Assembly: GCF_009834535.1 (NCBI RefSeq)
Contig: NC_045697.1
Coordinates: 30,506,001-30,570,000 of the forward strand
Reading direction: 5' to 3'
Length of the DNA: 64,000 nt
Source: Camelus ferus
Lineage: Eukaryota
Position numbers and translations under genes: made by a program. This document shows positions 39,804 to 53,159 of the stretch, piece by piece; position 1 is the first letter of the stretch, and the number at the start of each line of letters is the position of its first letter. A model generated the notes under the pieces. That model made no database searches, was not told the origin of the DNA, and saw nothing but the letters and a program-made list of their open reading frames with translations.

Positions 39804-42800
39804 AGGAGTAAGATGGAGTAGGAAGATCCTAAGCGTGCCTCCTGCTGCGGACACACCAAAACTACAAGTGCATGTAGAGCAACTCTCCCTGAAAACAACC
39901 TGAAGACCTGTGGAACAGATTTTCTACAACTGAGGCTATAAAGAAAAGGCCACGCTGAGATGGGTAGGAAGGGCAGAGACTCAGTTTGGTCAGAACCCAC
40001 ACCTCCCAGTGCAGTGGCCCATAAGCAGGAAGGATGTCGGTACCTTGGAGGTCCCCCCTGAAGAGTGAAGGTCCTGTGCCCCACATTGGGATCCCCATCT
40101 TGGGGAACCTACACTAGAAAAATGAATCCCCATAATGTCTGGCTTTGAAAATCAACAGGGCTCATATCTGGGAGAGCCAGAGGGCTGCTGGCACCCAAGA
40201 TTCTGCTCTCAAAGGGCTCATGCACAAACTCACTCACTCTAAGTCCCATCACAGAGGCAGCAGCTTGAAAAGTCCTTGGGTTGCATGGAAAGGAAATTCA
40301 TTTGTTAATTTCAGGGCATGTCCTGGAGAGGCAGGGATCTGGTGGAACTTTCTCCAGGGATGGAATAGCTCACAGGCACTATTTTCTTTTTACTCTCCTT
40401 CTACCTAGCTGGCCTGGTGCTGGTGAATGCCATTTCTGTCATTCTCCATGAACCTAGATAATGCTGTGTGCCCAGTCCCAGTCCAGCCCACCCTGAGGGC
40501 CCACCGTATCCAACCTGCCCACCCAGGCTGGACCCCACAAACACCTTTCTGCCCCACCCCACATGGTGGGCTACCCTGGCTGACAATGGTGCCTCTCCAA
40601 AGTGGCACTCTTGAGGTCAAGCCCCACATACTAGCACACAACATTAACAAACGGGCCTTGCAGTTAGTCATGCCGGGAGCTAGTCTTGCACATTAGCACA
40701 CCTGCAGCGGGAGCTGCAACCCAATCACAGCCCAGCTGCAGCAGGAGAGCACACGTAGCCCACAAAGGGGATACCCCCAGAGCACGTGGCTCTGGTGACC
40801 AGGGGGATTGCACCCTTGAGCCCCACAGGACACCTTCTACATAAGGCCATTCTTTCAAGACTGGAAGACATCACTGATATACCTAATACGTAGAAACAAA
40901 TACAGAGAGACAAATGAGGAGACAAAGGAATACCTTCCAAACAAAAGAACCAGACAAAACCTCAAAAAAAGAATGAAATGAAATGGAGATAAGGAGCTCA
41001 AAGCAATAGTCATAAAGATACTAACTGAACTTGGGAGAAGAATGGATGACCTCCATGAGAACTTTAACAAAAAGAACCAAACAGGACTGAAGAAACAATA
41101 ACTGAAATGAAAAATACACTAGAGGGAATCAACAGCAGATTAGAAGACACAGAAGAATAGATCAATGATCTGGAAGTGAGGGTAGTAGAAATCACCCAAC
41201 TGGAACAGCAAAAAGATATAAGAATTTTTTAAAAATGAGGATAGTTTAAGGGACTTCTGAGACAGCATCAAGTGTACTATCATTCACATTATAGGGGTCC
41301 CAGAAGGAGAAGAGAAGGAGAAAGGGATGGAAAACTTAGCTGAAGGAATAATGGCTGAAAACTTCCTTGACTTGGCCAAGGAAACAGACATCCAAGTCCA
41401 GGAAGCACAGAGTCCTGAATAAGATGAGCCCAAAGAGACCCACACCAAGATGCATTATAATTAAAGCATCAAAAGTTAAAGATAAACAGAGAATCTTAGA
41501 AGCAGTAAGAGGAAAAACCACTAGTTATGACAAGGGAATCCCCATACTGACTATCAGCAGCTTTTTCAGCATGAACTTTACAAGCCGGAAGTTACTAGCA
41601 TGATATATTCAAAGTTCTGAAAGATAAAAATTTATAACCAGAAATATTTTACTTGGCAAGGCTGTCATTCCAGAATTAAAGGAGAGAGAGTTTCACAGAT
41701 AAGCAAAAGCTAAAGGAGTTCATTACCACTAAACTGGCCTTACAAGAAATGTTAAAGGGATTTCTTTAAACAGAAAAGAAAAGGCTGTAACTAGAAACAA
41801 GAAAATTATGAAAGAAAAAAAACTCACTTTGTAAAGGCAAACATAGAGTAAAGGTAATGGATTGACCATCTACAGAACTAGTATGAAAGTTAAAAGATAA
41901 AAGTAATGAAACTATCTATAGCTAAAATAGTTAGTTAGACGACACACAAAATAAAAAGATAAAATGTGACATCTAAGCCACAAAATGGGGGGAGGGGAGT
42001 AAGAATGTAGTGCTCTTAGAATGCACTCAAACTTAAGCAATCATCAACTTAAAATAGATTGCTAAATATATAGGTTGGTAAATATGAACCTCATGGTAAC
42101 CAGAAACCCAAAACTTATAATGATACACAAAAGATAAAGGGAAGGAGTATAAACATGGCACGAAAGGAAGTCATCAAACTATGAGGGAAGAAAACAAGAG
42201 AAAAAGAATAGAGAAGAATGACCAAAACAACCAGAAAACAATTAACAAAATGGCAGTAAGTACCTATCAATAATTACTTTAAATGTAAATGGACTAAATG
42301 CTTTAATCAAAAGGACAGAGGGTAGCTGAATGGATAACAAAAACAAGACCCATATATGTGCTGCCTGTAAGAGATTCACTTCAGATTTAAAGACAGACGC
42401 AGACTGAAAGCAAAGGGATGGAAAAAGGTATGCAAAGAAGATAAAATAAAACGAAAGCTGAGGAAGCAATACTTATATCAACAAAATAGACTTAAATAAA
42501 GAATATAACAAGAGACAAAGAAGGGAAGTGCATGTAATAAAGGGATCAATCCAACGAAAGGATATCACACTTGTGAATATCTATGCATCTAATATAGAAG
42601 CACCTGTGTACGTAAAGCAAACGTTAACAGACATAAAGGGAGAAATTGACAGTAATATAATAATACTAGGGGACTCCACTTACATCAGTATAAAGGCTCA
42701 TCCAGGCTGGAAGTCAGCAAAGAAGCAGCAGCCTTAAATGAATCATCAGACAACAAGACTTGATAGATTTGTACAGAACGTTCCATCCAAATGCAGCAGA

Positions 42801-44308
42801 ATACGCATTCTCAGGTGCACGTGCCACTTTCTGGATGATACACCATATGTTGGGACACAAAACAAGTCTCAATACATTTAAGAAGATAGAAATCATATCG
42901 AGCATCTTTCCTGATCACAATGGTATGAAACTAGAAATCAACTACCAGAAGAAACCTGGAAAAGTCACAAACATGTGGAGACTGAACACAGGCTAGTGAG
43001 CAACTACTGGGTCAATAAAGAAATCAGAGAAGAAATCAAAAATTACCTGAAGACAAAGGAAAATATGACATCCCAAGCCTATGGGATGTGGCAAGAGCAG
43101 TACTAAGACCTTATACAGGCCTATCTCAAAAGACAAGAAAAATCTCAAATAAACAATCTAACCTTACACCTAAAGGGACTAGAAAAAGAAGAACAAATGT
43201 AGCCCAGAGTCCCAGAGAAGGAAGGAAATAATAAATATCAGATCAGAAATAAACGAAATAGAGACTAAAAAGACAATAGAAATGATAGAGCTGGTCCTTG
43301 GAAAAGATAAACAAAATTGACAAACCTTTAGCTGGACTCTCTAAGAAAAACAGAGAGAGGCTCTGATAAATAAAACCAGAAAAAAAAAAAAAAAGAGGAA
43401 AATAACAACAGATGCCATAGAAACACAAAGGGTTATAAGAGAATATTATGAACATCTATACTCCAACAAATAGGACAAGCTAGGAGAAATGAGCAGATTC
43501 TTAGAAGCATACAACCTTCCAAGACTGAATCATGAAGAAATAGAAAATCTGAATAGACTGATCACTAGTACAGAGATTGAAACAGTAATAAAAACTTACT
43601 GAAAAAATAAAAGCCCAGGACTGGATGGCTTCACGGGTGAATGCTACCAAACTTTCAAAGAAGATTTAATTACCAAAAAATTTAAGAGGAGGGAAAACTT
43701 CCTGATTCATTTTATGAGGCTTACATCACCCTGACACCAAAACCAAACAAAGACAACACAAAAAAAGAAAATTAAGGGCTAATATTGCTGATGAATATGG
43801 ATGCAAAAATTTTCAGCAAAATATTAGCAACCAAAATACGACAATACATTAAAGGGGTCATACACCATGATCAAGCGGGATTTATTTCAGGGATGCACGG
43901 ATGGATCAATCAATGCGATACACCACATTAACAAAATGAAGAGAAAAAAATCATATGGCCATTTCAATAGATGGATAAAAAGCATTTGACAAAATTCAAC
44001 ATACATTTATGATTAAAACTCTCAACAAAGTGGGTGTAGAGGGAACATACCTCAACATAATGAAGGCCATATGTGACAAGCCCACAGCTAAGGGCATACT
44101 TAATGGTGAAAAGCTGGAAACTTTTCCTTTAAGATCAGGAACAAGATAAAGATGCCCACTCTCACCACTTTTATTCAGCATAGTATTGGAAGTCCTAGCC
44201 ATGGCAGTCAGACAAGAAATAGAGATTAAATTCACCCGTATTGGAAAGGAAGAAGTAAAACTCACTATTTGCAGGTGACATGATTCCAGAAAACTATCAG
44301 AACTAATA
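39804..44308 (+). mobile_element. LINE-1: 5' UTR, ORF1 and 5' part of ORF2; inactive, 3' end missing
   Basis: ORF1 remnant ~40914-41769 ending QEMLKGFL*; ORF2 ATG at 42250 with EN motifs TLNVNGLN and FPDHNGMKLEIN; RT motifs [12 protein letters not shown] and LFAGDMI (44265); many stops and frameshifts; homology stops at ~44308 with no poly(A). Confidence 0.95.
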
Positions 44309-44429
44309 CGTTCCATGCAGCCTAAGTATGCGGATGTATTATGATGGGTTTCTGATTTGGATAGAGACTGATGGGTGAACATTTTTGCAAGTCATTACAG
44401 CAAATGTTCCCATGATGAGTCCTCAGAAA

Positions 44430-45010
44430 ACAAGGGACACCTGTAATTTCAAGAGAGGTGGGTATAATGTGGTCACACAGAGGGCAGTGGTGAACCCTGC
44501 CTGAGAAGGTCAGGGGAAAACTGCTCCAAAGGGAAGCAGGGCCAAGGAAGAGCTTCAGGATGACAGTTCAGCACACAGGCCAGGTGGAAGATCCAGTGGA
44601 TGGCATTTTAGGCAGAGAGAAAACCATGTCCAGAGCCAGAGAGGCACCCTTCTCCTCTGCAGCATATTGTGTTCAGGGGACTGAAATTATTTCCATATTG
44701 CTGAAGTGTAAGGAACAAGGAGAATGAGACTGGAGCAGGTGGCATCGGTCTGAATGGGAAGGGCTTTGTTTGGACTTTATTCTGGAAGATGTGGACCATA
44801 ACTGAAGTTGTTTAAGCAAGAGAGTGTCCGCATCAGATATGAAGTTTAGAAAGATAGAAACAAAATGGAAGGAGGATGTGAGGACAGAGCCCTGTAGCAG
44901 AGAGGACCAGGACCCAAGCCAGGGTAGTCGCAGAGATGAGGAGGAGGAGAATGGGCCGGACTGCTGAGGAGGCTGGAGAGCAGGACTGACAGGAATCAGT
45001 GATCTCAGTG
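44430..45010 (-). mobile_element. L2 fragment
   Basis: ggcattttaggcagagagaaaaccatgtccagagcc...tggactttattctggaag...tttaagcaagagagtgtccgcatcagatat. Confidence 0.65.
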
Positions 45011-46149
45011 ATGGACAGGGCAGCTCTTTTTATCTGTGTTGTAAATTAAGAAATTAAGATCAGGGATTGTGTCTTTTTCATTTAGCGTCCCCCAAACCTA
45101 ACACAGTTCCTGGCAGACACCCAATACACGGTAAATGGGTAAATTCCCTTGTTTGGTCAATACATCATCAGCGAGGTACCGAGGGAATGAGTCAAATAAT
45201 GAATCAGTGAATGAGTTGATAAACGAAAGACTGCTTTCTTGGGAGGGTCTGATGGTCTCCCAAAGCATTCTGGCTTCTCTTTTTAACTTCCACTACCGTC
45301 CCCATCGCATGGAGAGCAGACGTCTCACTGGAATTTTGCAGTATCCTCCAAACTAATGCTGCAGCCTCTGTTCTCTTGCCTTGTGGTCCCAAAGCCAGAC
45401 TGGTCTTGAAGTGGGGTCCCCTGATTTTCCGCCGAGGGTTTTCCTGGCCTCAGCTGAGCTTCTGTCACTCAACATGTTTTTCATCATTTCTCTCTCTCTG
45501 ATTGAAATAAAGACCCTTTTTCATCCACGTCACACAGATGTTGGACAGATTGATTAGTTAATGTGCAAAAATTGCTTTGAAGATCAAAAGTGCTGATTAT
45601 TATTATTATTATGTTGTCTAAGGGAAATTTTCTGCCTTTTAAAGGGAGCTGCAGAATGGTCACTGACATTTCATTTGAATGCTCTGCATGTCACAGGTGG
45701 AATATTTATTTACCAATAAAGAAAAACATCTCTATCCACATAGAATAGCTCCCTGAAGCTCATTCGTCTGTTTTTAAAGGATGTGGCCAAATTGCCACCG
45801 TAGAATATAACTGAGGCACGTGGTTAAGGTCAACATCCAGGCTGATGTCAGCAAGGGGCTTACCACGTAAAACAGAGGCACTGGTGCTTTGTCCTTTGCC
45901 GGCCACACATCGTTCAGATGCTTCTGACATAAACCTGAATCATGTACAGGGTCTCAGAGATGTAGATATAATTTTTTTTTCCCTTTCAGAACACTCTGAA
46001 CTTACATGTCACCTTGGCCAGGAGTGAACAGTGGTTTCTCAAGGGCATCTTTTTTTCATTTGTTTGTTTCTATACTGAGGTGATTTTTAGGCATATACTT
46101 CAGAAAGTTCAATGTTGAATCATAACAAAAACCAAATGAGTATTCTGAG

Positions 46150-46157
46150 TTTCTTTT

Positions 46158-46245
<88 letters not shown>

Positions 46246-46257
46246 TTCTTTCTTTCT
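46150..46257. repeat. (TTTC)n tetranucleotide microsatellite
   Basis: About 25 near-perfect units; pure polypyrimidine. Confidence 0.98.
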
Positions 46258-46872
46258 AAGTTTGGGGCTTAATATAAAGTCAGGGATAGTCGTAAGAAAA
46301 CTTTAAATTATATTTAAACAACAGGGGAAAACCTCTTAATTTGAAGTGTGTGAATATAGAATTGATACTTGATGCTGGTGGCTCGATATTCCAAGCCTGA
46401 TTTGCTGCTACTTTTCTTCAGCAACTTGGGCTTTTAGTGTGATTTATGCCTAAAGTAGTAGAGTAAAATTTATGAACTGCATTAAGTGCTAAGGAACAAG
46501 CATAAAAATCAGTAATTCGAGAGTCTGGAGAAGTAGAGTGCTCTATACAAATAGGCTAAATGGAAATAATAGGTTAATAGATGCATCAGAGAAAAGCAAA
46601 TGGCTTTCTGATATCAAGGAGCCAGAGTTTTGGGAAATTCTTTAATTATCACCTAATTGGCTGGATGATACAGTGTTGCTAAAGATATGCAAAATCATAG
46701 AAGTATCATTTAAAAAATGAAACAAGTTTGGGTAGGGAAATGATGAAATGTATGGCAGAATTTCATGAAGGTGGTCAATTGACCAGAGTAGAAAATCGGA
46801 GAAGCCCCAACTTAGCACTTTGCCCAGCAGGTGGCAGAAGTGAGAGCAGGGGCAGGTGTGCGCACTGCTGGG

Positions 46873-47790
46873 TCATGATCTGTCTTCTATTCCAAATTTA
46901 TTATTTTAATTACTTAAAAATTTTTTAAATTGAAGTATAGTTGATTTACAATGTTGTGTTAGTTTCAGGTTTACAGCAAAGTGACATGTATATATGTGTG
47001 TGTATATATATATATGCACACACACACACACATATATTTTTTTTCAGATTCTTTTCCATTATAGGTTATTACAAGTTCCCTGTGCTCTACAGTAGGGCCT
47101 TGTTGTTTATCTGTTTTATATATAGTAGTATGTATATTGTAATCCCAAACTCCTAATTTATCCTCCTCCACTACCCCTTTGGTAACCATAGTTTGTTTTC
47201 CATGTCTGTGAGTCTATTTCTGGTTTGTAAATGAATTAATCTATATCATTTTTTAGATTCCACATAGAAGTGATATCATATGGTATTTCTCTGTCTGACT
47301 TACCTCACTTAGTATGATAATCTCTAGGTCCATCCATGTTGCTGCAAATGGCATTACCTCATTCTTTTTTATGGCTGAGTAGTATTCCACTAAATCTTCT
47401 TTATCCAGTCATCTATCATGGACATTTAAGTTGCCTCCATGTCTTGGCTATTGTAAATAGTGCTGCTGTGAACATTGGTGTGCATGTATCTTTTGGAATT
47501 AAAGTTTTCTCTGGACATATGCCCAGGAGTGGGATTGCTGGATCATATGATAACTCTGTTTTTGGTTTTTAAAGGAACTCCATACTGTGCTTCATAATGG
47601 CTGCATCAATTTACATTCCCATCAACAGAGTAGGAGGACTCCCTTTTCTCCTACACTCTCTTCAGCATTCTTTATTTGTAGACTTTCTAGTGATGGCCAT
47701 TCTGACTGGTGTGAGATGATACCTCATTGTGGTTTTGGTTTGCATTTCTCTGATAATTAGCAATGTTGAGCATCTTTCATGATCTGTCTT
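46873..47790 (-). mobile_element. 5'-truncated young L1 (~870 bp) with TSD
   Basis: L1 3' UTR and ORF2 end antisense; identical 14-bp TSD tcatgatctgtctt at 46873-46886 and 47777-47790. Confidence 0.95.
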
Positions 47791-48435
47791 TGAAACCCTG
47801 CAGATCCATTATCCGGACGGAGGGGGTCTGGTTGAGCAGGTCTCTGGAGCCATCTTCCTGAGATAATGGCTGCCACGTGTGGCTCTTGTTGGGCCTGGTC
47901 ATTCTGCACCTTTGTTCTTGCCTTTTCCCCGTTGTGTGCCAGGCTCTTCTTTCTCTCACTGTTCCATTTCCCAGGATTCCTCTGCAAGCCATGTGATCCC
48001 CTGGGCCTGTCTGTGCACTTTTCCTCCTGTCTTTTCTCTGTTGGAAAGCAGTTGCTCTGGGCACACTGACCTCTACTCTCTTTGCTGTCCAACAGTGCTA
48101 GCAGAATGAGCAGAAGAGGGGGAGTGAGTGTGTACGGTGCTGAGCTGGTTTAAGATCCACCTTCTCACAGCCCTATGGGATACATGCCATTGATGAAGAA
48201 ACTGAGGCTCAGAGAAAATAAGGAGCTTGCCTATGGTTCACAGTAAAGTTGGGGAGCTGCAGTGTATTCTTTTTTCCCAATGTTTCTTGATCCTTCCACC
48301 AATTCCTGCAGCATTTAGATCCCCCAGCATCATGCACATCAATCAATGGCTTCAGAAAAGGGTTTTACAGGAACTGTCCAGGGGTCTCAGAGCATGGAGA
48401 AAACTTGATGACTCTGGGCAAGGTGAATCTCTGCG

Positions 48436-48930
48436 TGTACTAGTCAAAGTTCTCCAGAGAAACAGAGCCAATAGGCGACATAGGTATAGATACATAGAAA
48501 GAGATTAAGTACAGGAATTGGTTCCTGTGATTACGGGTGCTGAGAAGTCCCATGATCTGCAGTCTGCAAGCTGGAGGTCCAAGAAAGCCAGTGGTGAGTC
48601 CCAGTCCAGCCTGAAGGCTCGAACACCAGGGGAGCGAATGGTGCGAGTTCCACTTGAGTCCAAGACCCAGGAGTGTTGATGTCTCAGAGTCTCAGAAGAC
48701 AAATGTCTTAGCTCTGGCTGAGAGAGTGACCTTGCTCTACCTCTGCCTTTTTGTTCTATTCAGGCCCTCCAGGGACTGGGTGAAGCCCACCCACACTGGT
48801 GAGGATGCTGTCCTTTATCAGTCTGCCGACTCAAATGCTAATCCCTTCAGGAGACACTCAACTAATGCTTCACTAGCTTTCTGGGTATCCCCTAGCCCAG
48901 TCAGGTGGACGCATGAAATCAACCATCACA
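48436..48930 (-). mobile_element. MLT2 (ERVL) solo LTR
   Basis: tgtactagtcaaagttctccagagaaacagagccaatagg...gagaagtcccatgatctgcagtctgcaagctggag...gaaatcaaccatcaca (TG...CA termini). Confidence 0.9.
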
Positions 48931-49488
48931 GCTGGGGTGGGGAGAGCTGGAGAGGGAGTGAAAGTGAGGAGACACTGTGGGTGCGTGTCTGAGGAAGGCA
49001 GGCCCTATGCCTCATCCTGCAGGTGGGCTGGGGGCCAGGGTCAGGGGAAAACACGAGCCCAGCTAATTTGGGGGGAGTGAGGTCCAAGTGATCTGTGATT
49101 CCCTTTCCAGGTGGGTGTGAGACCCCCACCCCAGGAGCGTGGCTGTGGTGTGCCTTGGCAGCCGGGCCTGGGGCAGCCTCACCGGATTCCCCAGCAGCAC
49201 AGTGCTCTCCTGTGCTCTGGAGAGGCCTGGGTCCCGCAGGGGAGGAACCAACCAGGAGGAAGGAGTCCCCAGGAATACGAAGGATGTTCCTCAGTGACAA
49301 CGTAGAGTGATGCCAGTGAACACTGGATGGGAAGGGGAGGGCTCAGTGGATGTGCCGGGGGGCAGAGGTAAGGGTCAAGAGCAGCTGCCAGCCCGCCACG
49401 CTGTGACATCACACGGTCCCCTTTCCTTCCCCATCAAGTGCCAACCTGGAGAAACAAGGAGAAAATGTAATTGACTCAGATCCCATTT

Positions 49489-49502
49489 CTGCCCCCTGGT
49501 GG
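49489..49502 (-). promoter_or_regulatory. CTCF consensus motif
   Basis: Minus strand CCACCAGGGGGCAG; AP-1 TGACTCA at 49472-49478. Confidence 0.5.
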
Positions 49503-50183
49503 AACAGGAGCTCATTACAGAAATGAAGCTCAATTAGAGAAACTGAAAAATTCATTACATGTTTGTGGACTGGGATCTGTACCGTCAGTAGCATCCAACC
49601 CAGAGTTCTCTGGCCCCAAAACTTGCTCATTTCACTACATTAAGAGGAAGCAGCATTGCCACAGCCAGGATTTGACATCATTGGAAGCAACTGCTGTCTC
49701 TGAATTATCTAGATGCCTAATATTATTTTTAAAATATTCCATGAATCAAACCAAGTTAATCCAAGGCTCATTTTCCCCACATCATTTCCATTCAACTTAA
49801 TGAAAGGGGATTTCCACAGGGTTCCACCAGAACATTAAGTACTCAGTATTTGATTAAGGCAAATCACCAAGAATCGCTCTTAAAATATTTTTAGTGTGTT
49901 ATATCAAAAAGGGGCACTCTCTATAAGTAAAAAAAATTTTTTTCTATGAAGATATGAATGACTTCAAGATAACACAGTTTTCAAACACACCGTACATTAG
50001 AGCATCTCATATAAGAATTTATTCATCTATTTGAAGTGAATTTTGCACTTTGATGTCATTCAGTTCTCAAAACTCAGCATCATATTCAAGCAGAAGAAAG
50101 AGCTCAGAAGGCATTCATATCGAGATTTTATTGATGTATGTCCCCATAACCCCACAGCTGCTGATGCAGCATTTCCAGGATAG

Positions 50184-50280
50184 CCTCAGCCTTTTTAAAC
50201 ATTTTTAAATTTTAATTTTATTGAAGTATATTTGATTAACAATGTTGTGCTAGTTTCTGGTGTAAATCTCCGCAGCCTTT
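50184..50280 (-). mobile_element. Very short L1 3' terminal insertion
   Basis: ttgaagtatatttgattaacaatgttgtgctagtttctggtgta, flanked by cagccttt on both sides. Confidence 0.75.
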
Positions 50281-51679
50281 ATTTTAAAAAGCTGCCTGAC
50301 TTGCCCAAGGTCTTGTGGGTTGCAGGTGGTACTGATCCTAAAGGGCATTCATTGGTCCTGTGCTGTGGTCCGTGCAACCTCAGGGTAGGGAGAGTGAGGT
50401 GGTTTTGTAAGGGTTGCAGAGATTCACCTTTTGGGCAGTCTTGGTTCTTGGTAGCATGGAAGTGAGGACAGTCCACACCGTGAATTTGCAAGGCTTTTTC
50501 TTGGTTGAATTCCTCGGCAGGGGCTGTCCTCTGCTCTGGGGTTGCCCCAGCAGAGGGAAGCATCTTCTCAATGGCTATTAATCTCACTAAACTTTAGCCA
50601 GCCCAGCTCTTACTATGGCCAGCAGCACTGGATTGATCTCTGAATTACGAACCACATGTATAAAAAGAGAAGCTGAAAATGGACCTAAACTGCACACACA
50701 TCCTGAGAAATTGATGCTCTCCAGAATTCAGCCCGGGTAAGAGCCGCTCTAATGTACCGGACCCGCGGTGGGTAGCTGTAATGGAGACAAAATTCCTCTA
50801 GAGGGCACTCACAGCTTCCCCATGAATCGAGAGCTTGCGAAATCACGGTTCTTACAGAAATGGCACAGACTGCTTGGGAGCAAAATGAGGTTTATATAAA
50901 TAGATGAATGTGGATGTGCAGATTTTTTTCATTAGAAAATAATCCCTCTTTGTCTTTTTCAGATCGGCATCAGTGAGCACATGTGGGAGCATAAAATATG
51001 GACAATTTCTTTTTGTTTCCTTTGTGAGACAATACTGAATCCTCACCTCTAAGGGAGTTTGCTGCAGTTCACGGCTGTGCCATATTTATAATTATCAGGA
51101 GAGGAAGGGAAATTAAAAGATTCAACTGCTTAACTCTTCAGCAGTTGAGCTGCTGGCCCTGGGGACACGCCGGGGACGTCATGTTCTGGCGGAACTCTGT
51201 GGAAATCCTCGGCAGTGGCCATTTGACCTCTCCCTCGGCCACCTGAGGAAATCAGCTTTGGTTAGATTAGACAGACCGTAATTGGCTTTTGAGTTGTTGA
51301 AGCACATTCTGGGTACACATTTCTCCGTGTTTTGAAAGGCGTATGTTTTCCTTGGATCAGATCAGTGTAGGGGGAAGTCAATCACTGCTTAGGTGGGTGG
51401 ATGGACCAGAATGTTGTTTCCCAAGATCTGCCTCTGAGCATCCCCAGTGACAGGATGCCTGCCCAGTCCCTCCATCCCCTCTGCACCCTGCTTCAAGCTT
51501 AGGGTCAGGGAGAGGGGTGAGTTTTTGTGGGTCTGCAGTATGATTTGGTAGGGAAATACTGGTCTGGATGATTTTTTAAGGATTCTTTTCAACCTTTGGG
51601 GTCTATGACTCCATGAATTTGCAGGTTCTGAAGCGAAGGCAATGTATAAATAAGTCAATGTGACTTCAACATTGTAAAT

Positions 51680-52100
51680 GGTATGACTGTTTGCCCTGCC
51701 TCTGGTCATGCCCCTCCCAAAACCATTCTCCAGCAACCAGAACAATCCTTTAAAAAGGTATATAGGTTTTCTTTTCTGTCTAAAATTCTACAGTGGCTCC
51801 GTAATGCCTTCATGAAAAAACCCACTTCTCCCTGGCACACACAGTTGACAAGACTCTGCATGATCTCAGCCCTTCTGGTGACATCCTGTGCACTAATCTC
51901 TCTCTCTCACTTCCGGGTCCTTGCTGTCCCTTCCACCTGGAGCATACCCCCTCCCGCCACGACATACACACTCCTTTGCTTGGCTGATGTTTTTCATGCT
52001 TTGGGTCTCAGCTTGAGTGCTTCCTCCTCCAAGAAGCCTTACTGACTCTCAAGACTGGGTTGGACGCCCCTTCCTATGTTATCATCACGCTCTGTTCCAT
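51680..52100 (+). mobile_element. L2 fragment
   Basis: ccattctccagcaaccagaacaatcctttaaaaa...cttcctcctccaagaagccttactgac. Confidence 0.7.
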
Positions 52101-52339
52101 CCTTAACCCTGGTGACATAGGGTTTGCCCCCAGAAGCTGAAAGGGCTTCCAGGAGGATGCCTGGTAGTGCTATCTGAATATCCAAGCCTGTCTAGAGCAA
52201 AGAACAGACAGTTTCTCATCTGCTTCAGTACCGAAACTGTCTACCCTCACACTCATCCTGCACTCTGGGAACTGGAACCACACTTTCCTATCTCCATCAA
52301 CATGACTGTACTACTCCTCTGCCTTTCTTAACATGACTT

Positions 52340-52720
52340 TAGTTTTCCAGGAGTCTCCTGTCCAGGCAAATGGGATTGACTGTTCATCACAGGAATGTCA
52401 CCCAAGGCTCTTCCCAGCTCTTCAGTGGAAAAGCATAAACAGACAGCTTGTACCCTGAGAGTGTTTGAATCTCTTGCTTCAAAATTCTCACTTTGCATTT
52501 CCCACCAATTCTGAACTGTTGTATCATGATCCTTGCCCAATCCTAACAAGCTCCTTGCTTTGGGAGCCTCAAGTCAGAGTTCCAATTCTCATTAAATGAT
52601 TACCATTCCTTACTCCCCAGAAACACTGCCAAACCTTTGCAAAACGATGTTCTCCCTTCGTATGGAAGCAATAAACTCAGCTTTGTCTCATCAACAGGTT
52701 GTGTTAGTAATGTCTGGGGA
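52340..52720 (+). mobile_element. ERV-type solo LTR fragment
   Basis: gatccttgcccaatcc...gaagcaataaactcagctttgtctcatcaacaggttgtg (R/U5-like, with AATAAA). Confidence 0.55.
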
Positions 52721-53159
52721 GCCAGCTTTCTGCAAAGAGCCTGTAATCTGGAGGGCTGGGGCTTACCCCTTAAGAAAGCATAATGAGCTTCACTGAGCTT
52801 CTGAAAAGCAGTCTGCCTGGATCTGGGTGTTTGAGTTCTGAACCTGGAGCCCCCGAGGGATGACTCAGGGAATAATAATTTGGTAAAGCAAAGGGTTCCA
52901 CGGTCTGTGTCACCTTCACAAGCTTGCTTTCTACTCATTTACCACACCCTGTCTTTTTCTGGTGTCCCAGTCTGGGATCTTACTTAGGAAGGGACAGGAA
53001 TTCATCCACACAGCTTTGTTGAAAGTATGGGGGAGGGGAATCTCTTGAAAACCGTTCGTACAGCCAGTCTTCACGGCCCTGGAAAGTCACAGAAGGGCCA
53101 CTCAGGCCCCGTCTCAGCTGCTGCGACCACGTGGTCTTTGGGCTTCGCTGCTCCTGGGA

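Noticed and set aside
40914..44308. Active L1 ORF1/ORF2
   Set aside because: Multiple stops and frameshifts, mutated catalytic motif and missing 3' end.
46873..47790. Inverted missing 3' end of the 39.8-44.3 kb L1
   Set aside because: It has its own perfect TSD and is separated by L2 and unique DNA, so it is an independent insertion.
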